The translations under genes were made by a program, and so were the position numbers. DNA of 62,485 nt, the filler included, from Vermamoeba vermiformis (Eukaryota), in the NCBI GenBank assembly GCA_045837725.1. It is 8 parts of 8 records of this genome, joined end to end, with 100 filler letters (N's around TTAATTAATTAA, not from the genome) between each part and the next. Parts side by side here need not be neighbours in the genome. Positions count along the whole stretch, not along the records: positions 1 to 5,703 come from JBEWZL010000249.1; positions 5,804 to 8,931 come from JBEWZL010000250.1; positions 9,032 to 28,218 come from JBEWZL010000252.1; 5 more parts are not named here. The stretch is one strand, 5' to 3'. Positions 1-11,864 of this stretch are shown here, piece after piece (the stretch's first letter is position 1; each line of letters starts with the position of its first letter). The notes under the pieces are model-generated. The model saw only the letters and a program-made list of their open reading frames with translations, was not told the DNA's origin and made no database searches.

Positions 1-25
1 CATTACGTGCTTTGCTTGCGGAGCA

Positions 26-271
26 TTGGCGGATGTCAATCTGATCGTGGAAGTGCGAGACCACGATGGCTCAGTCACTTATCAAGTATTCGAATATTAC
101 AATCAAAAGCAGCTACTATATGCTATGCACGAAATATTACAACGAAGTGGAAAGCAATCATTCGAGTTGAAAGAATTGGCGAGCAAAGAAAGTTCGGTAC
201 TTTGGAATCTGACTTACTATTATGGAGGCAAGGAATTTTTGTTTGATGAACGACTACCGATACATGTGTAG
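26..271 (+). CDS. Probable 3' end of an unidentified gene (truncated by window start)
   Basis: 81-codon open frame followed by AATAAA at about 281; no recognisable motif. Confidence 0.3.
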   Translation: MADVNLIVEVRDHDGSVTYQVFEYYNQKQLLYAMHEILQRSGKQSFELKELASKESSVLWNLTYYYGGKEFLFDERLPIHV

Positions 272-719
272 GTGTATGTAAATAAATTCTCGTTTGTACA
301 TTGGTCTGTTAAAATTAGTATGGAGTATGGCTTAGCTTTATCATTTGTAGCAGGCACTGGCGCTTACCTTTCGTTGCTGACCAATGAAAAACGAAATTCA
401 ATTTCGTTTGACATTCTCGGCTGCGACTGCCAAAAAAGAATGCAGAAAAAGTTATTCTTTGTCTTTTGCAAGCAGGCAGCACACCTTATTCCCAGCAATA
501 GCTAATTGTCAACGACATAGCATAAGAACAGGCCATTACAGCAAGTAATTTACCGAGTAAAGTTGACAATTTAAATTAAATTACAACTTGTCACAAATTA
601 AAAATAATGAAATTAAATCAGTGCGTAATCCGTCGGATAATTTCCAAATCGATATACTTGGCGTTGTCAGCTCGTACATCTCGCGGCATTAGCTAATTTT
701 GTCGTTCTCAGTAACGCAG

Positions 720-2906
720 ATGGAAAAGAATCAAAGAGAAATCGATGAGTCGTATGTATTGATCCGTGAAATTGTAGATCAAGCACAGGCTCTGGTGGAT
801 CTAGAAGAAACCGTTTCTTTGGATCATAAAAATGCAGAAGCATTAAAACTAAGCGGCAACGTGAAGTTTTTGCTTCAACAGTATGAGTCAGCGTTAGAAG
901 ATTTGAATGCAGCAGATAGGCTGGTCCCTAACGACGAAGAAACAATTCAATGCCGAGCTCAAGTTTATGTTCAACTGAAAAGACTGTGCGACGCATATGT
1001 TGATTTCAGCTTATTAGAAGAGATGGGCAGTTCAAAATGTAACGAAGAATTGAAAGAAGTCATAGATGAGTTATTGAAAGGAGTTCCGTATCCTGAGTTC
1101 CAAGACGTGGAGCGAATCTCAGACAAAGGCTCATATGGTCAAGTATATCGAGCGCAGTGGAGCGGAAAAAAAGTGGCATTGAAGTGTTTAAAAGAAGGTG
1201 CCGATTATGATCTAATGATTATCGAAGCGTTGATCTGCATGTAAGTAAAATCAGTATGGCGACTCTAACTCAGAGTTCTGATATTATTCAGGAAATTTCG
1301 GCACGAAAACGTTGTTACCGGATTTGGGCTTTGCAAGGGAGAGGACGGCAAAATTTCCTTTATAATGGAATACGCCGAGGATGGTTCACTCCGCGACTTG
1401 TTATATGAACGAAAGGAGGAACTAACACTCGAGAAAAAACTCTTATATGCGCACGATGTTGCGTCGGGGCTCGCTTACCTTCACCAAAGACGAGTCATTC
1501 ATCGTGATCTGAAGAGTGCGAATATTCTGGTAATTTAGATTGTCATCTTCCGATATTCTCAATTTAACACGTCCGCAGCTATTCGATCAGAAATCTCGTG
1601 CGAAGATTGCGGATTTCGGTCATTCACGACTTCTTAACTATGGCTCAAACGCAAGTTCGGTTTTAGGCACACTCGGCTATGTATCTCCTGAAATCCTTGC
1701 CGAAGCAAAGTATGATGAAAGAGCGGATATTTACTCGTAAGTCACTCATTATTTGCTAGGTATAGATAATTATCACAATAATTAATGAATCCAGGTTTGG
1801 CGTTGTATTGTACGAAATGTGCGTTGTAAAAACGCTGCCAATTGTCGGAGAAGAGGAAAGAATGAGACTGATTCAAGGCAACGTCAAGGACGAAGTGCTT
1901 CGAAAGCTCATTATGGATTGTTGTAAAACTGATCCAAAGCAGCGTCCCGCAATTCGCGAATGCGTAGAAAGAATAGCCGTTGCTCAAGAGAGGTTAAAGA
2001 AAGAACAGAAATTGGCCGATGTCCGAGAAGATTGTCGTGTCACGCTTCAGCGCCTTCTGTGCACGTGGAACTATCTTTCCACAAGTATGAAGAGATCAAT
2101 CGTAATAATGTTCTTGAGTATGAAATATGACAGCCTTAAGCCTGGCGATGACGGCAAATTTCTTCCGGCTGATTTCGCATTTAAAGAAGAATTCAACAAA
2201 ATCGTCGAAAGCATGCAAGTCGACGTAAACAAAGGTACTTTGCGATAATTATTCACCTATTTCATTCTAACGTATCGCAGCGCGACAACTTTCGTTTATG
2301 CCAGTTTATATGGACGTTAATGAACGCGCCGTAGCTCCTGCCCAGGTCTTGCTTGATAACACAACTGCAGCCTCGATCAATATCTTGCTCATTGGATATA
2401 AAGGAATCGGCAAGAGTTGCTTCGCACATCAGTTTTGTAGAGCGACTCCAGAACAACGAGACGATGCAAATTTTTATAGATATTCGAAAGGTCGCCGTGG
2501 AGTTCAAATCATCGAACCCGAGTTCCAATTCTCCCAAAAAGAAAAGACGGAAGTCCACAGATCGCGTATTTACAGGTCATTCGTCGATGGCCTTGCACTC
2601 TTGGAGCGATCCGAAGCTACTGTAGTCGTGTTTTGTATCGATCAACGACCTATCGAGCGGTGGCAACGTGAGCTCATCAAAGCAATATCTGACCAAGCAA
2701 AGCTTCCTATCATGATCGTTCAACTTCAATACTGTTCTGAGAACGAATACGGCGACGATATAGCAATTCTTAAGAAAAGTATTAACAACAACAAAATATT
2801 AAGCTACCACGCAGTTTTAGCCAAGGACAAGACCATCAACGGTCAAACGATTTATGCATTTGGAATGCATGATTTGGCCAGGGCCATCGCCAAAACTTGT
2901 AAATAA
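720..2906 (+). CDS. TPR + TKL protein kinase + C-terminal P-loop GTPase-like protein (5 exons)
   Basis: Exons 720-1240, 1292-1529, 1579-1736, 1795-2234 and 2281-2906 join in frame at GT-AG introns. TPR-like helices; kinase motifs KGSYGQVY, VALK, HRDLKSANIL, DFG, GTLGYVSPE, DIYSFG; P-loop GYKGIGKS with degenerate G3 (IIEPE). Confidence 0.85.
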
Positions 2907-3171
2907 TTTCATAAATTGAATCGTTTTTACGCTCACTGATACGCCGTATCACTTTCATGGAATTTAAATTAGCCGTATGATGTAGTCTTGCGTGTGCGTC
3001 GTATCATGTCTGAGAGGTGATTAACGACGAATTATGCCGGCTATTTTTTTTGATACTTTTAAAAAGCCACAATATCGGTGCTTGGTTCAAAGGGGCATTG
3101 TTTGCTCGTGATAGGCTTCTAGAACACTTGATCGATCGATTCAATTCTTAAAAAAGAATTGGAACACAAAT

Positions 3172-5328
3172 ATGAATCGCGCTATGATTGGTCAAACTCA
3201 TAAATTTATATTCTGTCCGCGAGAATTGGCACAAAAACATAAAAGAGATGTTTCGGTTAGTATTATTTTACGTAACATACAGGAATGTCACAAGTAGAAC
3301 AAATTTCATTCAATCTGCGTCTGATCCAAACCTTCGCCCCCAATACTACGGACGAGGAGGATATTGCTTTGTGCCAACATACCATTATTTATTGTGATTT
3401 GGTATTCTTTGAGCACAGAAATCATTACGAAAACCAAAGAAAGGCTTTAGAAGTATTATTCGCGATAGCCCAGCTCGGTAGCGAACAGCTAAAAGAAGCG
3501 TATGAGAAAATTCGAAAACTGTTCGCAAGCCCTCAAGGAAGTAAGCTAGTTTATGTAAAGATTTCAAATCTAAGAATTTAATTCAGGCGAATTGACGAGA
3601 CAGTACTGTAGAGAACAATTCGCGCAATTGTTACATCCGTGGCTCGCGATCTCAACCGGAACGAAGATTGAAATCGTGAAGTTATTCTTGTTCATCAAGT
3701 ACTACAAAGGGGAGATAGCCACGAAGGACCTGTTACCGGAAACGTTTGCGGGCAGAGACGAATTCATCGACATCGCAAGGGGTATCGTTGCGAGCTACCC
3801 TACTGATGACGAGAAAGGTATGAAAAATCATCGTAACTAGACCAAAGCTTAATATAAATCTCAGAGAGGCAAATCGAGTTTGCTCCGATCTATATTACTG
3901 AGCGACAAGTTCCTCCTGCCCAAATACTGCTAGAGAATGACGAGACCGGACTTCAAACTATCAGAATTATGATGATAGGAGATAATGGCATTGGCAAAAG
4001 TTGCTTAGCAAATCAATTTTGCCGGGTTTCTGAAGACAAGAGGCTCAGCGAAGGAAATTGCTTGACGGTCGCGATGACAACTAAAACGGAAACTGCTGAA
4101 TACACTTTGAATGGTAGAACGGTGCAGTTTATTGACACGCCTGGCTTCTACAACTCTGAAACCACCGACAAAGAGCGATCGAAGGTTCTTGAATTCCAGA
4201 ATTTAGCCGAGTACATCGAGTACGTTATTGGTCAACTGAGCGAGAATCTACCGCACTCTGCTGACGGCAAAAAGATTCATCTGGTGCTGTTCTGTCTTCA
4301 CACACCACGACTAGCGCGCTGGCAGATTAATGTGATCAATGCAGTATCTATGTTCGCTCAAGTCATGATTCTGAAACTCCAATGCTCATCGGAGGAGGAG
4401 AAGAACTTCGTAGAGCTGCTCAAAAGTGATTTGAAGAACGACAACATTAAGAGCTACCATGCAGTGTTGGCTAAGGACAAGTCAATCAACGGCCAAACCA
4501 TTCACGCCTTTGGAATGCACGACCTGGCATTCGCGATGATACAAGAATTGCGGACTTGGAAACAAAAGGACCAAGAGCTCACGAATTTATTCAACAACAA
4601 CAGATCGGCGTATTACAAACAACTGTACGTTCCAAAGAAATCTTGCAATTTACTATAAGAGTTTACTTATTTCATTTGTCGTAGAAAGGGGAAGGCTTGG
4701 GGCATCATTGTCGGTTTCGCTGCTGCCTGCGCGGGGGCAGGATTGACGCCGGTGTAAGTCAAAATCAACGATCGAACCCACGTGCTAACTAATTCAGACC
4801 GTTTCTCGATATTGCCATGGTTGTGCCTCTCCACGTTGGCATGTTCGGATCGATAATCAGGTTGTATGGCATGAAGGCTCCAAAAGAAACTCTTAAGACA
4901 ATGGCCCGTAAGTTGATGAAATTTATTTGGTACCAACGGTCGCTGATTGTCCAATAGATGGCTTGTGGACTGGCGCTGCAACAACTATTCCTGCAACGTT
5001 ACTACGAGTGGCGATGTTCGGTCTGGAGCTGTTAAAATTTGTTCCTATTATAAACTTCGCTGGCATGGCGGGAGCAGCAGGTAGGTCCCTTTAAACGAGT
5101 CAGAGATAGCGTGCTAAAGTGCTTTCAGCAATTCACGGTGCTGCAACGGTCGCCACTGGTGCCTCTTTTCTTGAAGTGATCCATAAGAAAGCTGTTAAAG
5201 GAGAATACTTTGAAATCACTGTGCATAACGAAAACAAAATAGTCGAGCGTATGAAAAAGGAAAGAAGTAAGCTTGAAGAAAGGGCCAAACAAATGGTAGG
5301 AGAAGGCGAATACGAAGAAATCTTATAA
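3172..5328 (+). CDS. TRAFAC/AIG1-like GTPase with hydrophobic DUF697/YcjF-like C-terminus (multi-exon; 5' end uncertain, possible frameshift near 3188)
   Basis: GDNGIGKS (G1) and FIDTPGF (G3). SYHAVLAKDKxINGQTIxAFGMHDLA is shared with the upstream gene. Downstream exons encode AWGIIVGFAAACAGAGLTP and similar hydrophobic segments. Confidence 0.7.
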
Positions 5329-5529
5329 CTGCGTGTTGCTCACTAGGTTTCATTTGTTTAAGTATATTTTCACGAATAATAAATTGATTCGAATGTCGAG
5401 ACGAATGACGTGGTTACCTACTCATTAACTTGCTAAGTCACATCGTTCACTTCTTTTTCCACCGCTGAGTCAATAGCGATAAGCTGAACCTTCAAACTTG
5501 ACACGTGTCAAAAGGTAACTGCTAGATCA

Positions 5530-5703
5530 ATGGAAGCAGAGTTAGTCAAACGGGAACAGAAGCGTACAGAGCTAATGAAATTGTCCGAAGAGAATCCAAG
5601 CGCGGATTACAAGGTGCTGGAAAAGAAGTCGGAAGAACAAGCGAGCAGTGTTGTGTCGATAAAATCAATCAATTTTATGCCCAAAATGGTTACATACATA
5701 TCG
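5530..5703 (+). CDS. Possible 5' end of an unidentified gene, cut by contig end
   Basis: ATG-initiated open frame (MEAELVKREQK...) running into the linker. Confidence 0.3.
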
Positions 5704-5803
5704 NNNNNNNNNNNNNNNNNNNNNNNNNNNNNNNNNNNNNNNNNNNNTTAATTAATTAANNNNNNNNNNNNNNNNNNNNNNNNNNNNNNNNNNNNNNNNN
5801 NNN
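5704..5803. other. Artificial contig linker
   Basis: N-run + TTAATTAATTAA (stops in all six frames) + N-run, exactly 100 bp. Confidence 0.97.
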
Positions 5804-5957
5804 CGGTCAAATAGGTTTGCCATGCGACATATAATCATTGTAAATAGAAAAATCATTGTTAATCAGTAGCTCCGACGTAAACCGGTCGTTATTATTTTAC
5901 TGGTTGCTATTTGCTTGATTGAACACGTAATTGATTGAGTGGCTACACGATGGTTAT

Positions 5958-8457
5958 TTAAGCAACAGCAATAGCCAAAAGTAGTGAACTGAGCAGAACC
6001 AGATCGGTTTTACTCCCCGAAGAAACTTGCGCGGTCGTGGGAGAGTTGGCAGGAGTAGTGGACGATGGATTGGATGATATTGGCGGTGAAGGCATCGGTA
6101 ATGTTGCTAAAACACTTTGCGCATTTTCGTTTAACCTGTTATTGACAGCGATCATGACGTCGTTGGAGGTGACAACAACCTCTTCTGACTGCGTGGACAA
6201 CAAGTAGATCGAGGTGCCGTCCGCGCGCACTGCCATGCTGTCAAATGTTGTGTTGATATTCGTCAAGCTAACACTTCCCAAAAGTGATATTGTTGGAAGA
6301 ATAGTTACAGGAGTGAAACTTGCAAATGTGAGTTTGACGCTGATTTCATAAACGTAAATCTGTTTGCTGAGCTTGTCGAGTACTTGCAAGTGTTGAACGT
6401 TGTTTTCCAGATCCAGATTGACGAGGGCCAAATCTGTAATCTCATCCACCTCATCTAAGGTGACAGTTACGTAATTGAATGAATTGCTGCTCGTGAGATA
6501 ATACCAGTCTAGCATTCGTGAATTGTTAACATTCACGTTAATTAACATTGGTTCTCCTCGAGGGAACAAAGCAGCAGGTGTCTTCCGGCTCCAACCTTTG
6601 ACTTGAGTTTGAATGATGCTAGGGTTCGGTACATTGTCGAAGTAATTGATAAACACCAGCCTTTGGTTCGTATAATCGATCATATAAATATCTGAGAGCC
6701 CTGTGCCTCTATACTGTCTCATGAACACCTTCGAATTGGCTGACACTCCGCTAGCGTAGTTCTTACTAACGATGATTGAGTTATCTACTGCATCAAATAA
6801 AGTGAAGTTGCCGTTTGAAAATAGAACTGCGTAAACATCAATGGCCTCGTTAGCTGCGAAGCCAATCGGAGTAGCGGAATAATTGGCAGCGCTGACTCTT
6901 CCCAGCAGGTTCGTGAAGTACAGTTCTCCGTCCCACAGAAGTACGAACCCTCCGCTCGTGGAAAAGACTTGACGGGTGACAGAACTATCCGCTTGTCTCT
7001 TGCGTCTAACAGCAAGGCTGGCGATTGTGGTGACGGGAATTCGTAACGTTGAACTTTCTTCCTTTGGTGGACAGTCGAAGAGAACCGTAGTGCCGGCAGA
7101 AACATCGAACGAATATGCAGGATTGATTGCTCGTCTATAGGCAAGTAGCTCGTGATCGCTGTACATAGTAGTCGACACTGCAATTGTTTCAAATTCAGTG
7201 AACTGTGCTCTTCGGAATGGCAAATCCAAATCGGGAATATAGTTGATTGTTCCAGGGACGATTAGGCGGACAGGATCAGAGAAAAGGAGCAGATTTTTGA
7301 GCACAAAGTAGAGTGACTTGAGCAATACATTTGGCTGGTATCTGATCAACGCCTGAACCACTCCGTCGACGCAGTTGAGGTACGCTTCTTTTAGCACTCG
7401 AAGGCTCATGCGAGGCACAAAATCGGCGCGGAAGACAAAACTGGTGAAGTAGTTTGAAGTGTCTATATTGAGTGTCAGGGACGGCGCTGTCGCAAATCCG
7501 TAGCCACGCAAGTCGATTCCTTTTTTGGCATAATGGCGTTGAAACTTGAACGACAGTAATGATGCAACTGATGCACCCATTGAGTGGCCAACAATGTATA
7601 TTTGTTTGAAGCCGGGCGGCATTGACACGTAGTCGATGACTCCTTCCAAGCTGGCCGCTCTCGCTGCAAATCCTCTGTGGGCATATCCCCGCTCTACATC
7701 CGTGTAGTCGGCGTATAGATTAGAAACGCCCCTCAAGTCCGTCAAAAAATCTTCTGTTTCCACGCTGCCGCGAATTGCCAGGACGATGGCCTTCAAACAG
7801 TCGTCCCGAGCCAAAAAGTATTGACGATTTTGCTCCGTGATGGTAACGTTGGTGATGATTACAGATCGATCCTTAGCTGCAATTGCATATTGAGCCATGC
7901 GAGTGTAGAAATCGATCGAGTTGGTTGGGATGCAGGTGTTGTTTTCTTGGTAAGTCAACGGAGGTTTAGGAATCGTGACCGGTGCTGGCGGGGTAGTAGT
8001 GTCGCTATACACCTCGAGACTTCCAGGGAAACAACGGTCATACTCGCCAAAATAGCTTCCAGCTTTGCAACAAAAAAAATTAACTTCGGAGATCTCGCAA
8101 AAAAATCTTACCAAAAACGCAAGATGAGGAAGCATACACAGGATCTCTTCTGCACCATCGGCATGACGTGTACCTTTCGCTCGGAAAGTTCGGCGAAGTA
8201 TAAAAAGATCTTTCGAAGCAGTCTTGACGCGAGTTGATCGTTCTACAATCTACCAAAGGACAAGATCCGGCTTGCTTGTAGACCGCCCCAGAACAGGTAG
8301 ATACATCACTTGAACATTTGCCTCCCTGTTGGTCTACGCACCAGTAACAGCCTTTCGTGTTGATGCAGGAGCCGCAGTCAGATGTGGAGCATTGTCCGTA
8401 GACGCGAACAAATAGCAGAACGAATATCACCGCTAAAATCCAGTTTAGTTGTGGCAT
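5958..8457 (-). CDS. Secreted/surface class 3 lipase-domain protein (816 aa, 2 exons)
   Basis: Intron 8063-8111 joins a signal peptide and Cys-rich PSI-like region to a lipase_3 domain (AIRGS, HRGF, GHSMG, DFVPR). Then an RRKR site, a beta-rich region, an S/T/P stalk and a hydrophobic C-terminus (GPI-like). Confidence 0.85.
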
Positions 8458-8931
8458 CTTATTGAAGCTTATTCAATAAATGATCACAATACTGAATTTA
8501 AATCCCAAAGCTATTCTTTTTTTGAATCACACCAAGCGTTCTAGAACGTGAGTGACAGATCTACGACTGTGCAGCTCAACTTCAAGGCAGAAACATAACA
8601 AGAACATGACGAACTTACGCCCTAGGCAATGTATTTCTTGCTACTAGTGGAGTTGGCGATGCTGTCTAATTCTTCGCAACAGCGCCGTATGCCAAGTTCT
8701 ACACCAAGAAGACGTCAAACAAGAAGTACTACATTCGCAAGCTCAGTATCGTGTTCTATACTACAGGGCGATGGCAAGGGCTTCCCCGCGATGTCTTAGA
8801 TTGACAATTTGACAACAAACTTTTTATGCACCAAACAAATTGTTCCTTGGCATTTTCCGTGTTATTTACAGTTCCTTTAATTTTCATTTCAATAATAATA
8901 CATCTACAATTAAATGATACTATTTCCCCGC

Positions 8932-9031
8932 NNNNNNNNNNNNNNNNNNNNNNNNNNNNNNNNNNNNNNNNNNNNTTAATTAATTAANNNNNNNNNNNNN
9001 NNNNNNNNNNNNNNNNNNNNNNNNNNNNNNN
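8932..9031. other. Artificial contig linker
   Basis: Same 100-bp N/TTAATTAATTAA/N spacer. Confidence 0.97.
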
Positions 9032-9100
9032 AGAGAAGAGAAATGATGATAGAAAGAGTGAAATTTCATTGTGAATCTGATGGAGAATGAGTGAATTTAA

Positions 9101-9177
9101 TTGAAATTGCAATGAAATCGCATTGATTTTGCATTGAAATTGCATCAAAATTGCATCAAAATCGCATTGAATTACAA
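9101..9177 (+). repeat. Seven tandem 11-mers (consensus TTGAAATTGCA)
   Basis: ttgaaattgca atgaaatcgca ttgattttgca ttgaaattgca tcaaaattgca tcaaaatcgca ttgaattacaa, immediately before the larger array. Confidence 0.85.
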
Positions 9178-9197
9178 TAGAACGATGTTGTAGTCTA

Positions 9198-10275
9198 GTC
9201 ACTCTTCGAGCGCCACAGAGGTATGAGAATAGCAAACAAAATCTCATTGGAAGTAATGCACTCTTTGAGCACCACAGAGATACAAATTCAGTCATTTGCA
9301 TCAAAAATACAGCAATGTAGGCTATATCACTTGAGGCGCCACAGAGGTATTGTTCATCGAATTCGATCAAATAATACAGTCATGTAAGCAAGGCTCTCAT
9401 CGAGCGCCACAGAGGTCCAATAATCGTTTTCGAATAACGAAATACAGTACTTTGAAGCTAGTCACCTCCGGCGCCACAGAGTTATTAATTGCATTAAATT
9501 AACGCAAAGATCCGCAATTGGAGCAAGGTACTCGTTGAGCGCCACAGAGTATCAATAATCATGTTCGAATAACAGAATACAGTTGTTGAAAGCAAGTCAC
9601 CGTTGGCGCCACAGAGGTACGAATTTCAAATTAATGAGGATAAGACAGTCTTTTCAGCAAGGCTCACACTGTGCACCACAGAGGTCAGAATCAAGTACGT
9701 TCAGCTCAATAGATCGCTCTCAAAATCATATCGCCGTTGGCGTCACAGAGGTATCAATCTTCGAATTAAATCGAGTAATACAGTCATTTTAGTTGGGCTC
9801 TCATGCAGCGCCACAGAGCTACAAAAATCTGTTTCCACAACAATAAGACTGCAGTTTGAAGCTAGTCGCCTTTGGCGCCACAGAGATACAGATTTCATTA
9901 AACTGTTTCAAAGATCTGCTCTCTAAGCAAGGCTCTTATTAAGCGCCACAGAGTAGCGAATCGAAGTGTCCAAAGAACGGTATCATCATTTAGGCACTCG
10001 GCATGCTCCACAGAGGTGTAAATTGGGTAGAAACCGAGAGACGAATCCGTTTCCAGCAGTAGACACCTTCGGCGTCACAGAGGTAAAGAAATCGAGCGAA
10101 TTGTGATACCCTAAGAAAGGCTCGGATAGTTTGGCCCTCATCAGGCGCCTCAGAGATGAAAATTGAGACAAAAGCCAGAGTAACGGACACGTTCAGCGTC
10201 ACAGAGGTACTTCTAATCAAATCTCGCATGACCTCATTATTATTTTGTTGAGTTCAACAAGGTGGCCTCACAGAG
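9198..10275 (+). repeat. Regularly interspaced array: 17 copies of mini-hairpin + GCGCCACAGAG, mostly 67/68-bp period
   Basis: Core 11-mer starts at 9210, 9269, 9336, 9404, 9471, 9539, 9606, 9673, 9740, 9808, 9875, 9943, 10005, 10072, 10145, 10196 and 10265; intervening sequence is divergent. Confidence 0.95.
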
Positions 10276-10513
10276 ATAAATGTCCCTTTGATTCTGCTCT
10301 TTCCTTTTACATCAACCTCCCAAATAAGGAAATTTTGAATGCCAAATTATTTGCCTATCAAATATAGAAATTTGACAGGCAATTCAGCTTTGACAGGCAA
10401 AGAATATGGTTTTGATTATCAAAACAATTTGACAGCCAAATGTAAAGACATAAATAACTAATTTTTGATCATTTTAATTCACCACCTCATAACATTCACA
10501 ACACAAGCCAGCA

Positions 10514-11157
10514 ATGAGCAAGGTATTAATCAAATTGAATAGATAATAATTTCTAACTTTTTGACAGAAATTTCCAAAGGAATCAAGATTCAATCCCACC
10601 AGAAGGTGGCTTCAAACCAACTTGCACGACGAAGAACTGCTCAAATACGTCGCAGAGCAGAAGAAGAAAAGGGGCACCAAGGAAAGTCCAATCTTGATCG
10701 ACTGCGAAGACGAGATGGCCGTCAAAAAGAGAAAAAGAAGGGGTCAGGGCAGAAACAGAATGAGCAAGAAGATAGGGGCAGCGTAAGCAAACCAAGCTAA
10801 TTATCTGCATAAAAAAAAATAAACTAACCAAACTGCATCAGGTTGATCTTCTGGTACGATCCTGTGTATGACGGGTGCTTTGCCAGCGACAAGCACTTCA
10901 GGAACGCTTGCTTCACCCTGGGAGGAATGGCAGGCCTGTTGAATACAACCACTTGGCATCTCAGATCATTGCTCTTGGACAAACACATTGATGCAGAAAA
11001 GGATGTATACACTTTGAAAGAAGTGAACAAAATTCTCAAGGTCTTCCCAAAAGACAAGCTGGGATGCTTGGACTCGGCACGAGGCTTCGTCGACAACGTT
11101 TGTCACGGCTTGACCTTGGAGGAAGAAAATGACTGTTGGGTTCTCAAGTATATGTAA
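10514..11157 (+). CDS. Orphan protein, 179 aa, 3 exons, basic NLS-like stretch
   Basis: Exons 10514-10522, 10568-10782 and 10842-11157 splice in frame (MSKKFPKESRF...KKRKRRGQGR...CWVLKYM*); AATAAA follows. Confidence 0.75.
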
Positions 11158-11214
11158 AGGAGTGTTTTGAAAAATTAATAAAAAACATCCATTTTACGCA
11201 CTCGTCATCAAAAC

Positions 11215-11469
11215 CTCTGTGGCGCCAAGGGTGCCCGAAAGAAAAATGTTGCTGGGGGGTGCGGGGGGTCTCCCCCGACGACCGATACCAACGATCAATT
11301 ATCAACATTGACGACAAAGTAATTCTCCACCGCAAAAAGCAAGTTTAACACAAAGAAACGAATTAATTCGGCGTCCAACTCTCTGTGGCGCCATGGTTGC
11401 CTAGACAAAAAAAGGAGAAATGAGTTGTTGCTGGGGGGTGCGGGGGGTCTCCCCCCGATAACTGGGCGT
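11215..11469 (-). repeat. Two inverted copies of the GC-rich composite repeat (11215-11278, 11381-11469)
   Basis: CTCTGTGGCGCC...GGGGGGTGCGGGGGGTCTCCCCCGA is the reverse complement of the units at 13143-14760. Confidence 0.9.
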
Positions 11470-11550
11470 CACAATCAATTTTGATGTGCCGCCAATGTCA
11501 ACACCAAAACATGTTTGATTGAAGAAGATGAGGATGATTAACTCATAGCA

Positions 11551-11864
11551 GTTTCAGGCAGGGCTTTTTGACCTGCCTGCAGTCACTCGGAAACGTACGA
11601 AGTTGGAAGACGTGATTTACAATGTATGACAGTCAACAAAACTGCTTCCCTTGACCAATAATCGCCTCAAATTCCGATGATTAATGATGGCAGTTTCAGG
11701 CAGGGCATTTTGACCTGCCTGCCATCACTGGGAAACAATGTTGTTCGGACAACATCTTAAGAGTCGGAACGGTAAACGGCACGTCGAGCCCTTCTGACGC
11801 TCCTAAGATTTGCAACGGCAGTTTCAGGCAGGGCAACTTGACCTGCCTGCCATCACTGGGAAAC
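11551..11864 (+). repeat. Three 44-bp structured direct repeats GTTTC-AGGCAGG-N9-CCTGCCT-N11-GAAAC
   Basis: Copies at 11551-11594, 11693-11736 and 11821-11864, separated by 98 and 84 bp of unrelated sequence. Confidence 0.9.

Noticed and set aside
9198-10275. Calling the array a bona fide CRISPR
   Set aside because: The conserved part is only about 11-20 bp and degenerate, the intervening segments are partly homologous to each other, there are no cas genes and the context is eukaryotic.
11551-11864. Hammerhead ribozymes
   Set aside because: GAAAC is present, but the CTGANGA core is not found in the right place on either strand.
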